Source of the DNA: Chiloscyllium plagiosum
Taxonomy: Eukaryota
Direction: 5' to 3'
Length of the DNA stretch: 64,000 nucleotides
Assembly (NCBI RefSeq): GCF_004010195.1
Contig: NC_057718.1
Location: forward strand, 98,366,518 to 98,430,517
Shown here one piece after another: positions 13,334 through 25,884 of this stretch (its first letter is position 1; each line of letters opens with the position of its first letter). Both the position numbers and the translations under genes were made by a program. The notes under the pieces are model-generated. The model did no database searches. It had not been told where the DNA came from and saw only the letters and a list, made by a program, of their open reading frames with translations.

Positions 13334-14549
13334 GTCATAGAACCATAGAGATGTTAAGCACGGAAACAGACCCTTCAGTCCAATTCGTCTATGCCGACCA
13401 GATACCCTAAATTGATCTAGTCCTATTCGCCAGCATTTGGCCCCTATTCTTCTAAATCCTTCCTCTTCATGTACCCATCCAAGTGCTTTTTAAACATCAT
13501 GTTGCACTCTGCCAATCTGACTGCCTGCTCAGTATCTCTCCTCGCTAACTCCTTTGGCAAAAACAATTTTCTGATCAGGTCAATTAATTGTCTTCAATTC
13601 TGTGGGGTTCAATTGGAGCTAATAGTCTCTTATGAGGGACTTTACCAAATACCCTCTGCACGTCCAAATAAATAACATCTATAGACATTCACCTGTCCGT
13701 TACTTCAGTCACTTATTCAAAAGTTTCAATCAGGTTCACCACGTGACATACAATTTGCAAATTTGTGCGAGCTCCTTCTGGTCAACTGAAAATGTTTAAG
13801 ATGTTCAGTCACCTTCCCCTTAAATATAGTCTTGAGTAATATCCTGATACTAGAAGTTAGACTAACTGATTGATAATTCTTACTCTCACCTTTATCAAAC
13901 ACAAATTTTCCAATCTAAATGTACGTTTCCCAAATCATGAGAACTGTGAAAGACTACAATTAGAGGAATTGTAATGTTTGGAGGAAGCTCGTAGTATAAT
14001 TGTAATGCTACTGGGTCAGTTATCCAGAGACCCCAGCCTTATGTCTTGGCACAGGGGTTCAAATCTCAACCCTAGTAGCAGGTGCCATTTAAACTCAATT
14101 AAAAAATGACCTGGAATTGCAAGTTAGTCTCAGTAATGGTAGCCACCATGCATGGTCATAAATACCCATGTGGTTCATGAATGTCCCTTAGAGAAGGAAA
14201 TCTGCCAACCATATCCAGCCTGATCTATTTATGACTCTCGATCAACAGCAATGTGACTGACTCATAACTGCTCTCTGAAATTGTCTAGCAAGCCATTAGG
14301 TTCATGAACACTGTATCCCATGAAAGAATGCAAGAAACCACTTGCTTGGAAACTATCTGGGACTGGGCACCCTTCACATTTTAATTTCATTACTATCTTT
14401 TATTATCAGTTTTCATCAATCATGGGAACAACATTCCCAGTGCAGGATCATCTCTGTAGGAACAGGTAATATCAGATGAAAAGCTGGTGGTATCACACAT
14501 GTGTACCATTTGGCGAACTGCATGATTTAGAGACTATATATGCAATGCA

Positions 14550-14865
14550 CATAGAGCCATACAGCACGGAAACAGACCCTTCGGTCCAACTAGTCCAAGC
14601 CAAAACATAATCCCAAGCTAAACGAGCCCCACCTGCCAGCTCCTGGCCCATATCCCTCCAAACGTTTCCTACTCATGTACTTATCCAAATGTCTTTTAAA
14701 CATTGTAACTGTACCCACATCCACCACTTCCTCAGGAAGTTCATTCCACACATGAACAACCTTCTGTGTAAAATATTTGCCCCCCATGTCTTTTTTAAGT
14801 CTTTCTCCTCTCACCTTAAAAATGTGTCCCATAGTGTTGAAATCCATCATCCTAGGAAAAAGACA
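14550..14865 (-). mobile_element. CR1 3' tail
   Basis: GHIFKVRGERLKKDMGGKYFTQKVVHVWNELPEEVV on minus. Similar tails at 39185-39545 (+), 45775-45950 (-), 46260-46530 (-) and 50655-51005 (-). Confidence 0.85.
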
Positions 14866-16004
14866 TGCAGATTTCTAAAAGAAGTGGAAATAATTAGAGT
14901 TAACATAAGGTTTTGATGATTGTTTTCTTTGTGACCATTTATCTCGTGTCACCTGATTATCTTACAACGGAAAATAATAGCTCATGCATTTTTTTTCTTA
15001 TGACAGGGAAATTGTTTGGAGAATTGTATATGTCCCCTTCCTGTACTGGCTGGCTTGCTGTAGTCATACGACATCTACCTTTGCCTTTGTGTCCAATCTT
15101 TGGCAGTCATTAAATTCACATCATTTGGAACATGGTTCCTTTGGATCTTTCCCAGTTGCCAATTGCGAGGATCTGAGCTATTTTTAGCATTGTTATATGC
15201 CTTGTATGTTATCGATTATCATTTCAGTCATCACAGCTATTTTTCTTGAGCAAGAGGACTCCTGTCCCCTCGGGATAGAAGCTGGTTCTGTACCGCATTA
15301 AATTCCTTTTCGGACACCTCCCACAGATCTTTTGTTGTTTTACCCATTAATAGACTTGCACAATTTACTGTAGACAGTTTCTGTCTCATTGCATTGAAGT
15401 CAGCTTTACATAGATCCAAACCCTTAATCACTCTTTTGCAGTTTTCCCTTTCAAAACAATACATTGAGCTTAACCATTTTATGATTGCTATTGGAGAGAA
15501 ACATTAACTTGGACTGAATGACCTATCTCTCCAATGTAATAGTCTGTGACAACATTGCACTAAATTAGGTGTCTCCAGTCATGCCTAGAAAACTACAAAC
15601 TAATATGATCCAGTGCTAGGCTCTGCACTAACTTTATGTTTGATTTATTGAAGTGCAAAGTAAATCAAAGTAATACAGTAAAACAAATTGTTAAGTGAAG
15701 CCAAAATTGCAGATTGCAAGATGAATTTCTTCAGAACGTGTTTTGGTATGAAAGATTAAGAAGAGAAAATTAGATCTTCTGTTTTCTAGCAACCTCTATG
15801 GCAGAGCTAGGGAAAATATAACTGAGCCCAACATGGACAATAGTCAGTCGAAGGAAGAAAGGGAAGGTTAACCTGGGATTCGGCATCCATAGGTGTCTTT
15901 CAATCTGCCTGATGATTAGAGAGTTGATGTTTGGGGCTCTTGTGGTGCTGTGGTAGTGTCCCTCTGCCTTTCCCATGATACCCAGGTTCAATTCCAGATG
16001 TAGG

Positions 16005-16480
16005 AGAAAGTGAGGACTGCAGCTACTGGAGATCAGAGTCGAGAGTGTGGTGCTGGGAACATACAACTGGTCAGGCAGCATCCGAGGAGCAGGAGAATCC
16101 TGATGAAGCAGTGCCAGTGTTGGTTCAGCATGGGGGTCCAGTGGCAAAGAGATGCTGGCAAAGTCTGGTGACTGCTATGTTCATGTGTCCAGCAACAACG
16201 AGGCAGTGGAGGACTTTTTCAGTTGCTGGAGACTAGGTGCCAGTATGGACTGGGTTGGACTGTTTACCTGGAGAAAGTGAGAACTGCAGATGTTGGACAT
16301 CAGAGTCGAGAGTGTGGTGCTGTAAAAGACCAGCAGATCAGGCAGCATCCAAGGAGCAAAAGAATCGATGTCTCTGGCAAGACCCTTTCATCAGGAAGCT
16401 CTTGCCCGAAACGTTGATTCTCCTGCTCCTTGGATACTGCCTGACTTGCTGTGCTTTTCCAGCACCACACTCTCGACTCA
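16005..16480. mobile_element. Composite of Penelope-terminus fold-back arms enclosing a duplicated segment
   Basis: Arms of the gagaaagtgaggactgcag...gtgctggaaaagcacagc...ggagcaggagaatcg family at 16005-16108, 16272-16395 and (inverted) 16400-16478. Other copies at 290-415, 10345-10428, 24678-24885, 30842-30930, 33605-33680 and 38050-38245. Confidence 0.75.
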
Positions 16481-16724
16481 ATTGCACAGGTGTGTACTAA
16501 CATCTGTGCAAAAGGTGAATTATAAGAAGCAAATAGACTAACAATTTTCTGTTGTTATTTCTGGTGCAGTCAGGATTCTGGGAGCAGGGACTTCATTTTA
16601 GTTTCATTATAAAAGCATGAAAAAACTAATATTATTTCTGAATAAAAGTATACTGTTCACCGGAATGATAATCCATGGGCTGAGGTTAATGGCCTGGGTA
16701 CATGGGTTTAAAACCCAGAAGACC

Positions 16725-17850
16725 TGTTCAGGTGTGCCCTAGTACTCTGTGGGAAGCTAGGGAAGTGATTGCTGGGCCCCTTGCTGAGATATTTGTATCA
16801 TCGATAGTCACAGGTGAGGTACCGGAAGACTGGAGGTTGGCAAACGTGGTGCCACTGTTTAGGAAGGGCGATAAGGACAAGTCAGGGAACNNNNNNNNNN
16901 NNNNNNNNNNNNNNNNNNNNNNNNGTATAGTTAGTACATTTGCAGATGACACCAAAATTGGAGGTGTAGTGGACAGCGTAGAAGGTTACCTCAGATTACA
17001 ACGGGATCTTGATCAGCTGGGCCAATGGGCTGGGAAGTGGCAGATGGAGTTTAATTCAGATAAATGTGAGGTGCTGCATTTTGGGAAAGCAAATCTTAGC
17101 AGAACTTATACACTTAATGGTAAGGTCCTAGGGATTGTTGCTGAACAAAGGGACCTTGGAGTGCAGGTTCGTAGCTCCCTGAAAGTGGAGTCGCAGGTTG
17201 ATAGGATAGTGAAGAAGGCGTTTGGTATGCTTTCCTTTATTGGTCAGAGTATTGAGTATAGGAGTTGAGAGGTCATGTTGCGGTTGTACAGGACATCGGT
17301 TAGGCCACTGTTGGAATATTGTGTGCAATTCTGGTCACCTTCACACCGGAAGGATGTTGTGAAACTTGAAAGGGTTCAGAAAAGATTTACAAGGATGCTG
17401 CCAGGGTTGGATGGTTTGACCTATAGGGAGAAGTTGAACAGGCTGGGGCTGTTTTCGCTGGAGTGTCGGAGGCTGAGGGGTGACCTTATGGAGGTTTATA
17501 AAATCATGAGGGGCATGGAGAGGGTAAATAGACAAAATCACTTCCCTGGGGTGGAGGAGTGCAGAACTAGAGGGCATAGGTTTAAGGTGACAGGGAAAAG
17601 ATATAAAAGAGACTTCAGAGGCAACTTTTTCACGCAGAGGGTGCTACATGTATGAAATGACCTGCCAGAGGATTTGGTGGAGGCTAGTATGATTGCAACA
17701 TTTAAAAAGGCATCTGGATGTGTATATGAATAGGAGGGATTGGGCAGGGTGCTGGCAGGTGGGACTAGATTGGGCTGGAATATCCGGTTGGCATGGACGG
17801 CTTGGACCGAAGGGTCTGTTTCCATACCGCACATCTCCATGACTCTAAGC
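16725..17850 (+). mobile_element. CR1-clade (HER1-like) LINE 3' part, interrupted by a gap
   Basis: RT motifs VPEDWRLANVVPLF, FADDTKIGG, WQMEFNSDKCEVLHFG, RPLLEYCVQFWSP, LERVQKRFTRM, RRLRGDL; tail atgactcta. Confidence 0.95.
16891..16924. other. Assembly gap
   Basis: Run of N inside a CR1 element. Confidence 1.
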
Positions 17851-20054
17851 AACTGGTAGAATTTAGGGTAGGTGATGGGCCAGTGGTATTATCATCTAGA
17901 CTGTACACCTACAGACCCAGGTACTGTTCTGGAGATTCAAGCTTGAATGCCACTCCAGCAGATAGTGGAATCTAAACTCAACTGGAAAGAAAAACCGAAA
18001 TTTGGAGTCTAAAGATGACCATGAATTTGTTGGATAAACCTATCTGGTTCACTAATGTCCTTTAGGGAAGGAAACTACCATCCTTACCCTGGTCTGGCCT
18101 CCATGTGACTTCCACGGCAATGTGATTGACACTTAACTGCTCTTTGGCACTTAGGGATGAGCAATAAATGTTGGCCCAGCCAGTAATGGCCTCATCCAGT
18201 GGATAGTAAAAAATTAAATTCAATTCAAAAACAAATCTAGTCTCAGTAACAGTGAAACTGTCATTGATTGTTGTAAAAGCCTATTTTATTCACCCATGTT
18301 CTCTCGGGAAGGAAATCAAGCCTGAGCTCTTAACTCCCTCCTGGGAGTTCCTAGGCCTTGGAAAATATAACAGCTTCAAGCAGACGTCGAATGCCATTAC
18401 TGCCAAAAGTTGTATAAGATTATGAGTTAAAAACCACACAATACCAGGCTGATGAAGGAGCACCACTCTGAAAGTTTGTACTTCCAAATAAACCTGTTGG
18501 ACCATAACTTGGTGTTGTGTATTTTTATCTTTGTCCACCCCAGTCAAACACCAGCACCTAGAACATGGAATATACTACATTACAGCACAGTACAGGCCCT
18601 CCAGCCATCGTTATTGCGCCGCCCTGTGAAACCAAACTGAAGCGCATCTAACCTACACTATTCCATTCTCATCCATATGTCTATCCAATGACCATTTAAA
18701 TGATATTAAAGTTGACGAGTCTACTACTGTTGCAGGCTGTGCATTCTACGTCACTACTACTCTACGAGTAAAGAAATTACGTCTGACATCTGTCCTAATA
18801 CAGATCCTATCTGATCTGTCTTCCACATCAAGATTATGAGTGGCTTACACAGGGTAGGTCATGGGAAGCCTTTCCCCATGGTAGACATATATATAAAACC
18901 AGAGCACACAGTTTTAGATGAGGAGTAATTGGTCAAGAAGGATCTGAGTCGACATCTTCATCCAGAGGGTGGTAGAAATATGGACCATAGTGCCTGACAG
19001 GATGGTAGCGACATTTAAGAAGCATATGGATGAGCATTTAAAATGCCAGTGGTCCATGAAACAAATACAGGTCAATGGGATTAGTGCAATTTGGTGTTTG
19101 TTGGTCAGCATAAACATGGTCGGCTCAAGGGCCTGTTTCTATTTAAAAGATCCTCCCTCGCAATCCCTATGTAATTTTCCCACGCCATCGGACGCTCCCC
19201 CATACTAAGATGCCTGAGTGCAAGGATCAGACTGCCCCATCCTGGATTGGATATCCAACCTCTCCACCTTGGAATTGGGAAACTAAACATCTTTGTGACC
19301 ATGGAGCAAATGTAAATACATACCCCAGCAGCTTGCTTCAGAGCCCTCCCCATCAGACTGGAAGCCAAGCTTGTTTATCTGGGCTGGGAATCAGTCAAGA
19401 GCAGAAGACACATGCTGTGGAGTCCAAGTTCCACAACATGAGGAAAAATTGGATTCCTGTCTAAAGCTTTTCCCAACAAATAACATCAATCCCTCCCCAA
19501 TTTTGCAAACCATTGTTATTATCCAGGCCAAGATTTCTATCAGTACAGTGACCAACAACATATTGTTGAGACCAACATATTGTACACACACTGCCAAAGC
19601 AGACTTTAGTGAAGCAAAGAATTAATATTATTTTACAAATAAAATGAATGTAAATGCAATAAAGATCGATTATCTGCTGCCACAATATGTTTGCAGAAAT
19701 ATGGGTCCAGGAAATTCCTTCATTGCCTTTGAACGTTGGAACACCATGGGATGAAAGGAATATTGGAATCTGCCAACATTAATGAACTCTAGGAATGGGA
19801 ATGAGGACTAAATAGAGACCAGGAGGAATTTCTTCTGTCAGGACAGACAAATTTTTAATCAGGAAGGAAATCAAGGGTTATGGGGAAAAAGCAGGAAAGT
19901 GGAGTTGAGGATTATCAGAACAGCCGTGATCTCATTGAACATATGAACAAAGAACAGGAGTAGACCATTCAGCCCATCGTACCTGCACTCCCAGTCAATA
20001 AGGTCATGATTAGCCCTATTTAACCGCAACTCTGCATTCCTGCGTATCCCCCAA

Positions 20055-20860
20055 TATGGAGAAGTTGCTGGAGGAGATTCTGCAGAACAGGATTTGGAAA
20101 GGCAAGGACTGATTAGGGATGTTCACCATGGCTTTGTGCATGGGAAATCATGTCTCACAAACTTGCTTGGATTTTTTGGAGAGGTGACAGGGATGATTGA
20201 TTAAGTCAGAGCAATGGACGTTGTCTATATGGAATTCAGCAAGGCATTCGACGTGGTTCCGCATGGTAAACTGGTTAGTAAGGTTGGATCCCAGGGGATA
20301 CAGAGGGAGCTAGCCAAATGTATGCAAAATTGACTTGAAGGTAGGAGACAGAAGGTGATGGTGGAGGGTTGCTTTTAGGAGTCGTGACCTATGATAAGTA
20401 ATGTGCCACACGGATTGGTGCTTGGTCCATTTCTTTCTGTCGTTTCATAAATGATTTGGATTTGAATAGAGGAGGCATGGTTAGTAAGTTTGCAGATGAC
20501 AGCAAAATAGGTGGCGTAATGGTTGGTGAAGAAAGTTATCTCAAACTATAATGGGACCTTGATCAGATGGGCCAATGGGCCGAAGAGTAAGAGAAGGAGT
20601 TTAATTTAGATAAATGTGAGGTCTTGCATTTTGATAAGACAAACCAGAGCAGGACTTATGCAATTCATAGAGTTGTACAACACAGAAACAGACCCTTTGG
20701 TCCAACTTGTCCATGCCAACCAGATATCCTGAACTGATCTCGTCCCATTTGCCAGCACTTGGCCCATATCCCTCTAAACCCTTCCTATTCATATACCCAT
20801 CCAGATGCCTTTTAAATGTTGTCATTGTACCCGCCTCCAACACTTCCACTGGCAGCTCGC
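20055..20860. mobile_element. CR1 RT fragment (+, 20055-20660) abutting a CR1 3' tail (-, 20666-20860)
   Basis: HGFVHGKSCLTNLLGFF and EFSKAFDVVPHG motifs; reverse-complement tail catagagttgtacaacacagaaacagaccc. Confidence 0.85.
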
Positions 20861-21037
20861 TCCACGGACCCCCGAGTCTGTATAGATCTGATTGTTCTAA
20901 ACTCCACAGTATATCGGGCTAACCTCTCTAGGCTTTCCTTACAGGGGAATCTGTTCATTCCAGCTATGAGTCTCATAAATCTTCCCAGAACTACTTCCAA
21001 TACATTGATGTCCTTCCGTAAGAACAGTGACCTGTAG

Positions 21038-21260
21038 TGGGGTCAGTCTGGGTTTACTTAGCTTGGACGGCTGGTTTGCGCTGCAGACTGAAGTCAACAG
21101 CATGGGTTCAATTCTTAGTACTGCTGAGGCTCCTTCTCAATCTCTCCCCTTACCTGAGACATGGTGACCCTCAGGTTAAACCACACAGCTTACCACCACT
21201 GCCACCCCCTCCCCAGTCGTCTCGCCCTGTCTAATGAGAGAGTGGGATTGTAGCAGCTTT
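21038..21260 (+). mobile_element. tRNA-derived SINE (family not identified)
   Basis: tagcttgg...ggctggtttg...gggttcaattc head and ggtgaccctcaggttaaacc core. Related reverse copy at about 55425-55615. Confidence 0.5.
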
Positions 21261-21622
21261 ACACACACTACTCCAGTCACTGCATCATCGGTGAATTGGA
21301 TAGCGGAGCAGACTGGATGGGCTGACTGGCAGAGACATCGGGGCATCAGCAGTCAGCGCCTGAGGTTGGTGAAGTCAGTGTTGAGAGCTGGAAGCTGTCT
21401 GACTGCAACGATTCGGAGTGCTGCTAAGTGGAGATGGAGATGCAAAGGGCCCCTTGATTCTGAGCCAGCCAGGATTCTACAAACAGGATGTTGCCTAGAC
21501 GACTGTGTTGGAGAGAGAGTGGGAGGGAGGGGAGAGGGAGGAGGGGGATGGGGGGTAGAGAGAGAGAAGGGAGAGGGAAAAGAGGTGGGAGAGAGAGAAG
21601 GGAGGGGAGAGGAAGGAGAGGG

Positions 21623-21935
21623 NNNNNNNNNNNNNNNNNNNNNNNNNNNNNNNNNNNNNNNNNNNNNNNNNNNNNNNNNNNNNNNNNNNNNNNNNNNNNN
21701 NNNNNNNNNNNNNNNNNNNNNNNNNNNNNNNNNNNNNNNNNNNNNNNNNNNNNNNNNNNNNNNNNNNNNNNNNNNNNNNNNNNNNNNNNNNNNNNNNNNN
21801 NNNNNNNNNNNNNNNNNNNNNNNNNNNNNNNNNNNNNNNNNNNNNNNNNNNNNNNNNNNNNNNNNNNNNNNNNNNNNNNNNNNNNNNNNNNNNNNNNNNN
21901 NNNNNNNNNNNNNNNNNNNNNNNNNNNNNNNNNNN
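21623..21935. other. Assembly gap within a purine-rich (GA/G) low-complexity tract (~21510-21970)
   Basis: Run of N flanked on both sides by GGA/GA-rich sequence. Confidence 1.
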
Positions 21936-21970
21936 GAGGGGGTGGGGAGAGGGACGGAAGATGGGAGGGG

Positions 21971-22049
21971 GATTGGGGGTATAAATGAGCAGCCTCCTGT
22001 CTCTGTGTCAGGGAGCTCAGTCTGGGTGGTATTGGCCAATCCTGTCGCC
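21971..22049 (+). promoter_or_regulatory. Candidate core promoter/5'UTR of the ANKRD63-like gene
   Basis: TATAAA at 21980-21985, inverted CCAAT (gattgg) at 21971, palindromic ATTGGCCAAT at 22031-22040, strong Kozak gtcgccATGG at 22050. Confidence 0.5.
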
Positions 22050-23645
22050 ATGGAGGCAGCCAGAGAGGAGCAGGGGGGCTGTGCCCTGCTGAATGCCATC
22101 TCCAAGGGGCAGGTACACTTGGCTCGCTTCTTGCTGGAGGCGGTGGACGGGAGTCTACTGGAGACCCGGGACCAGGAGGCTCGGACCCCGCTCATGTACT
22201 CGGTGTTACTGCCGGCTCCCGCCGCCCGGGCTCGCTTCATGCGGCTGCTGCTGGAGCGGGGAGCCCGGGTGGATAGCAGCGAGCGGACGGGCCGCACGGC
22301 CCTCAGCCTGGCCTGTGAACTCGGCCTGGTGGACGCGGTGAAGCTGCTGGTGCAGAGCAGCGCTGACCCGGAGCTGGCTGACCATCGCGGGAACACTCCG
22401 CTGATGTACGCTGCCGCCTCCGGCCACAGGGAGGTGATCACCTTCCTCCTCCGGGCCTTCAAACGCCTGGGGCTCGACATCGAGCGGCCCAACCAGGCGG
22501 GACTCTCCGCCGGACAAGTGGCCAGGCTCCTGGGCCATCGCGACTGTGCCCTAGCGCTGGAGGCAGCGGCCAGGACAGGGCGGGAGAGAGGCCATCTACC
22601 CCCTGACCAGCCCGCTGGTCACTCCATTGGTCAGTCTCTTGGTCAGTCCCCTGGTCACTCCCATAGTCATTCCCCTGGTGACCCCCTTGGTCACTCCCCT
22701 GACCATTACGTTGGTCACTCCCCTGGTCATTACCTTGGTCACTCCACTGGTCACTCCTCAGGTCACTCCTCTGGTCATTTCCCTGGTCACTCCATTCTTC
22801 ACTCCTCGGGTCATCCCCTTGGTGACTCTCTTGATCATCTCCTTGCTTACTCTGGTGACTCTCTTAGTCAGTGCCTTGGGCCCTCCTCTGGTCATTCCCT
22901 CAGTCAGTCCCCTGGTCACTCCAGGACTCCCTTCCCCTCAGGCATGGACAAAACAGCTCCTTTCAGCAGTGGCCGGGATGCCATGGTCTCCATCGATGAG
23001 GAACAGGATCAGGATGAAGATGAGGACCCGGCGAGGGAACACCTCTTGTCCCAGTCCTCCCGGTCTCGGCTCTGCTCCCTCAGCCTCCAGCATGGCAGCG
23101 ACCCCTGCACCAGCCTCCTGCCTCCTCTCAGCAGCTTCTCGGAGATCTGCACCCTCAGAACAACGATCCCTTACTCCCCACGGCCGGTCAAGAATGAAAC
23201 CACCACCCAGAGGCAGTGGGCAGCGGTGTGGACCAAGATCACCCCAGGAGGGTCAGCTTCCACTGAGAGGGGCTCAGGACCTTCCCAGGGCAGGGCCTCC
23301 AGGGGCCTGACCAGTTACTTCCAGAAGAGGTGCAGCCTCCCCACCAGCACCCTGTGTCCCTGTCCCCCAGAGAAACAGCCAGCCTTCGGCAAGGGCAAGG
23401 ATGTGCCCAGTACCCGCTCTGGCACCTTCACCGCCCTGGGCAGCAGACTCTTGAGACGCTTCACCTTCCCCAATTTCAAACAGTGCAGCGGGCACCGGGG
23501 CAGTGCCACCTTGGAGGCTGCCCACAGGATGCCCCGATCAGAAACTTTCCCCATCAGAAAGGATCACCCGCAGATCTCCCACAAGCCCAGCATCGACAGC
23601 ATCAGTGGAGTCCAGTGTGAGTTCCCAATCTTAAACAAATCCTAA
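22050..23645 (+). CDS. Intronless ankyrin-repeat protein, ANKRD63 family (531 aa); probably a paralog rather than the ortholog
   Basis: N-terminal ankyrin repeats (GQVHLARFLLEAVD, RTPLM, GRTALSLACELG, DPELADHRGNTPLMYAA, FLLRAFKRLGLDIERPNQAGLSA) align by eye to recalled ANKRD63 (GKVHLARFVLDALD, GRTALSLACERG, FLVRSFRRLGLRLDRTNRAGLTA). Single exon, CpG-rich, ends TAA at 23643-23645. Confidence 0.9.
   Translation: MEAAREEQGGCALLNAISKGQVHLARFLLEAVDGSLLETRDQEARTPLMYSVLLPAPAARARFMRLLLERGARVDSSERTGRTALSLACELGLVDAVKLLVQSSADPELADHRGNTPLMYAAASGHREVITFLLRAFKRLGLDIERPNQAGLSAGQVARLLGHRDCALALEAAARTGRERGHLPPDQPAGHSIGQSLGQSPGHSHSHSPGDPLGHSPDHYVGHSPGHYLGHSTGHSSGHSSGHFPGHSILHSSGHPLGDSLDHLLAYSGDSLSQCLGPSSGHSLSQSPGHSRTPFPSGMDKTAPFSSGRDAMVSIDEEQDQDEDEDPAREHLLSQSSRSRLCSLSLQHGSDPCTSLLPPLSSFSEICTLRTTIPYSPRPVKNETTTQRQWAAVWTKITPGGSASTERGSGPSQGRASRGLTSYFQKRCSLPTSTLCPCPPEKQPAFGKGKDVPSTRSGTFTALGSRLLRRFTFPNFKQCSGHRGSATLEAAHRMPRSETFPIRKDHPQISHKPSIDSISGVQCEFPILNKS
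22617..22922 (+). repeat. In-frame 12-bp tandem repeat (ggtcactcccct-like, about 25 degenerate units) encoding GHSx
   Basis: Seen in the DNA and in the translation GHSIGQSLGQSPGHSHSHSPGDPLGHSPDHYVGHSPGHYLGHSTGHSSGHSSGHFPGHS... Confidence 0.9.
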
Positions 23646-24992
23646 GTTCGGTGGCTGAAACACAGGAGAAGAAATTGCCCCGCAGTGTCCAGGGATGTTG
23701 CTGGTGAACCCTGGGAAATACCCCACGCGGAGAATGGGGTCTGCGTGGGATGTTCTTGGGAGGGTCAGTGCAGCCTCAAGGGGCCGAATGGCTTGCTCCT
23801 ACACTGTGGAGATTCTGTAACGCTGAGGGAGAACAGACATCCCGGGAGATTGTGAGCTCAACCGCGGAGGAAGAGGGCGGAACAGAATTCCTCTGGGCGT
23901 TAGATCGAGAGAAACGCTTAGCTTTTATGTTCTCCCGGTGTGCCAAGGGGAGTGCAACAGCCAGGGACTATCTGAGCACTGGGTCTTACTATAGCAAAGA
24001 CTCCCACGTGTTTACCCTTTAACCAGATTTAAGCTGTAGTTGCATCGCTGTTTATTGGGGCTGTTGGAATCTTATGACCCAGAAGAAGACCGTTCAAGCC
24101 AACGTGCCTGGCCCGAAGCTCCTGGGCAGAGCTTTCCAATCTCTCCCACCCCCAGAGCGCCGGAGTTTATTTTATATACTTTTCTGTATTTGTCCGACTC
24201 CTTCAACTCAGCAAACTTTCCGCCTTCGATCGTGACGCGTGTATCCATTGGAATAACTGTGTTGTCCACGGAGAGACTTGGTGCAGACGTGGGCCAGGAG
24301 TTAAAACTGGTTGCATGGTGTTGTGCCTCAGCACAGAGTCCTCAGACTGGCCTTAAAGCGGGACCAAGGAGCGTACCGCAATGCCGGCGTTCATAGCGAC
24401 ACTGTGCCTTTTCCTCAGCACTCGGTAACGCTTTACATCTTGTGTCGTTGCAACTTTCTCTCCGCTTGTACGAACGGTCTGAATGTCAATTAAATTGCTC
24501 GCGAGATTTCCCTCATGTTAACCTTATAACGGGTGGGATACAGCTATTGATGGGGTAAAGGTAACGCTGAGATGAAGCCAATGATGAGATCCTGTGCTGC
24601 CTTTACTCCGAAAGCTTGTACTTTCAAATAAACCTGTTGGACTATAACCTGGTGTCGTGTGCTTTTTTTTTTAATTTGAGAAAGTGAGGACTGCAGATGC
24701 TGGAGAGTCAGAGTGGGAAAGTGTGGTGCTGGAAAAGCACAGCGGGTCAGGCAGCGTCAGAGGAAGCAGGAGAATCGATGTTTAGGCCATGCACCCCACA
24801 TTCCTGACGAAGGGCTTATGCCCGAATGTCCGTTCTCCTGCTCCTCGGACCTGCTGTGCTTTTCCAGCGCCACCCCTTTCCGACTTTGATTTTTAACTTC
24901 GTCCACCCCAGTCCAACGCCGGCACCTCCACATCACGGTCTTTACCTTAAGATCACTCGTAATGTGATATCGATTTTGAGACGTTTTAATAA

Positions 24993-25270
24993 CTGGTTCC
25001 TGGGTTCGATTCCCGCCTGTCTGTGTGGAGTTTGCACATTCTCCCCGTGTCTGTGTGGGTTTCCTCCGGGTGCTCCGGTTTCCTCCCACAGTCCAGAGAT
25101 GTGCAGGTCAGGTGAATTGGCCGTGCTAAATTGCCCGTAGTGTTAGGTACGTCAGTCAGGGGTAAATATAGGGGAATGGGTCTGGGTGGGATTCTCTTCG
25201 GAGGGGCGATGTGGACTTGTTGGGCCGAAGGGCCTGTTTCAACACTGTACAGAATCTAATCTAATCTAAA
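24993..25270 (+). mobile_element. HE1-type V-SINE
   Basis: B-box ggttcgattcc, V-domain, (aatct)n tail. Confidence 0.85.
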
Positions 25271-25884
25271 TTTCTCTTGTATAAAATATGCCATAGAGTC
25301 ATCCCGCACGGAAATAGATACTTCGGTCCAAATCCAAGTTTCCCAAACTAAACTAGCTGTATTTCCTATATCCCTATCCCATGTAGCCCATATCCCTATA
25401 AACCTTCCCTATTTGTGTGCCTGTGAAATGTCTTTTAAACGTTCTAATTAAATGTTTAAATGTTCTAACTGTATTTGCATCTATCACTTCCTCTCAGTTT
25501 ATTCCATAAACGCATCACCCTCTTGTGTGAAAACGTTGCCCCTCAGGACCCTTCCAAATCTTTCTCCTCTCACCTTAAAAATATGTCCTCTAGTTTTTGA
25601 CTCGCTCAGAAAAAAGACCTCTACTGTTCCCCTTATCTATGCCCCTCGTGGTTTTACAAACCTCTGCAGAGGTCACCACTCACCCTCAGACTCTGCATTG
25701 CAAAAATTCAAAGACAACTCAAAATACTGGGTACCAGCAAGTCCTAAAACTACACATGTTGTTAATTGTGTTGTCTATTGCAGCTTTTTGGGGATTGGCG
25801 GCTGGTGTTGGGAGGCAATAGAATTTTAAAAGAAAAAACAGTGGCTTTTTTTACACGTAGGGTAATGCACTTTTCGGATGAACT

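Noticed and set aside
21234-22049. N-terminal extension of the 803-aa ORF in the ORF track
   Set aside because: It starts in a SINE and runs through a GA-rich tract and a 313-nt N gap. The TATA box and Kozak ATG at 22050 define the plausible start.
21353-23620. Antisense and alternative-frame ORFs over the ANKRD63-like gene (379, 227, 110 aa and others)
   Set aside because: Shadows of GC-rich coding sequence and the 12-bp repeat; one crosses the gap.
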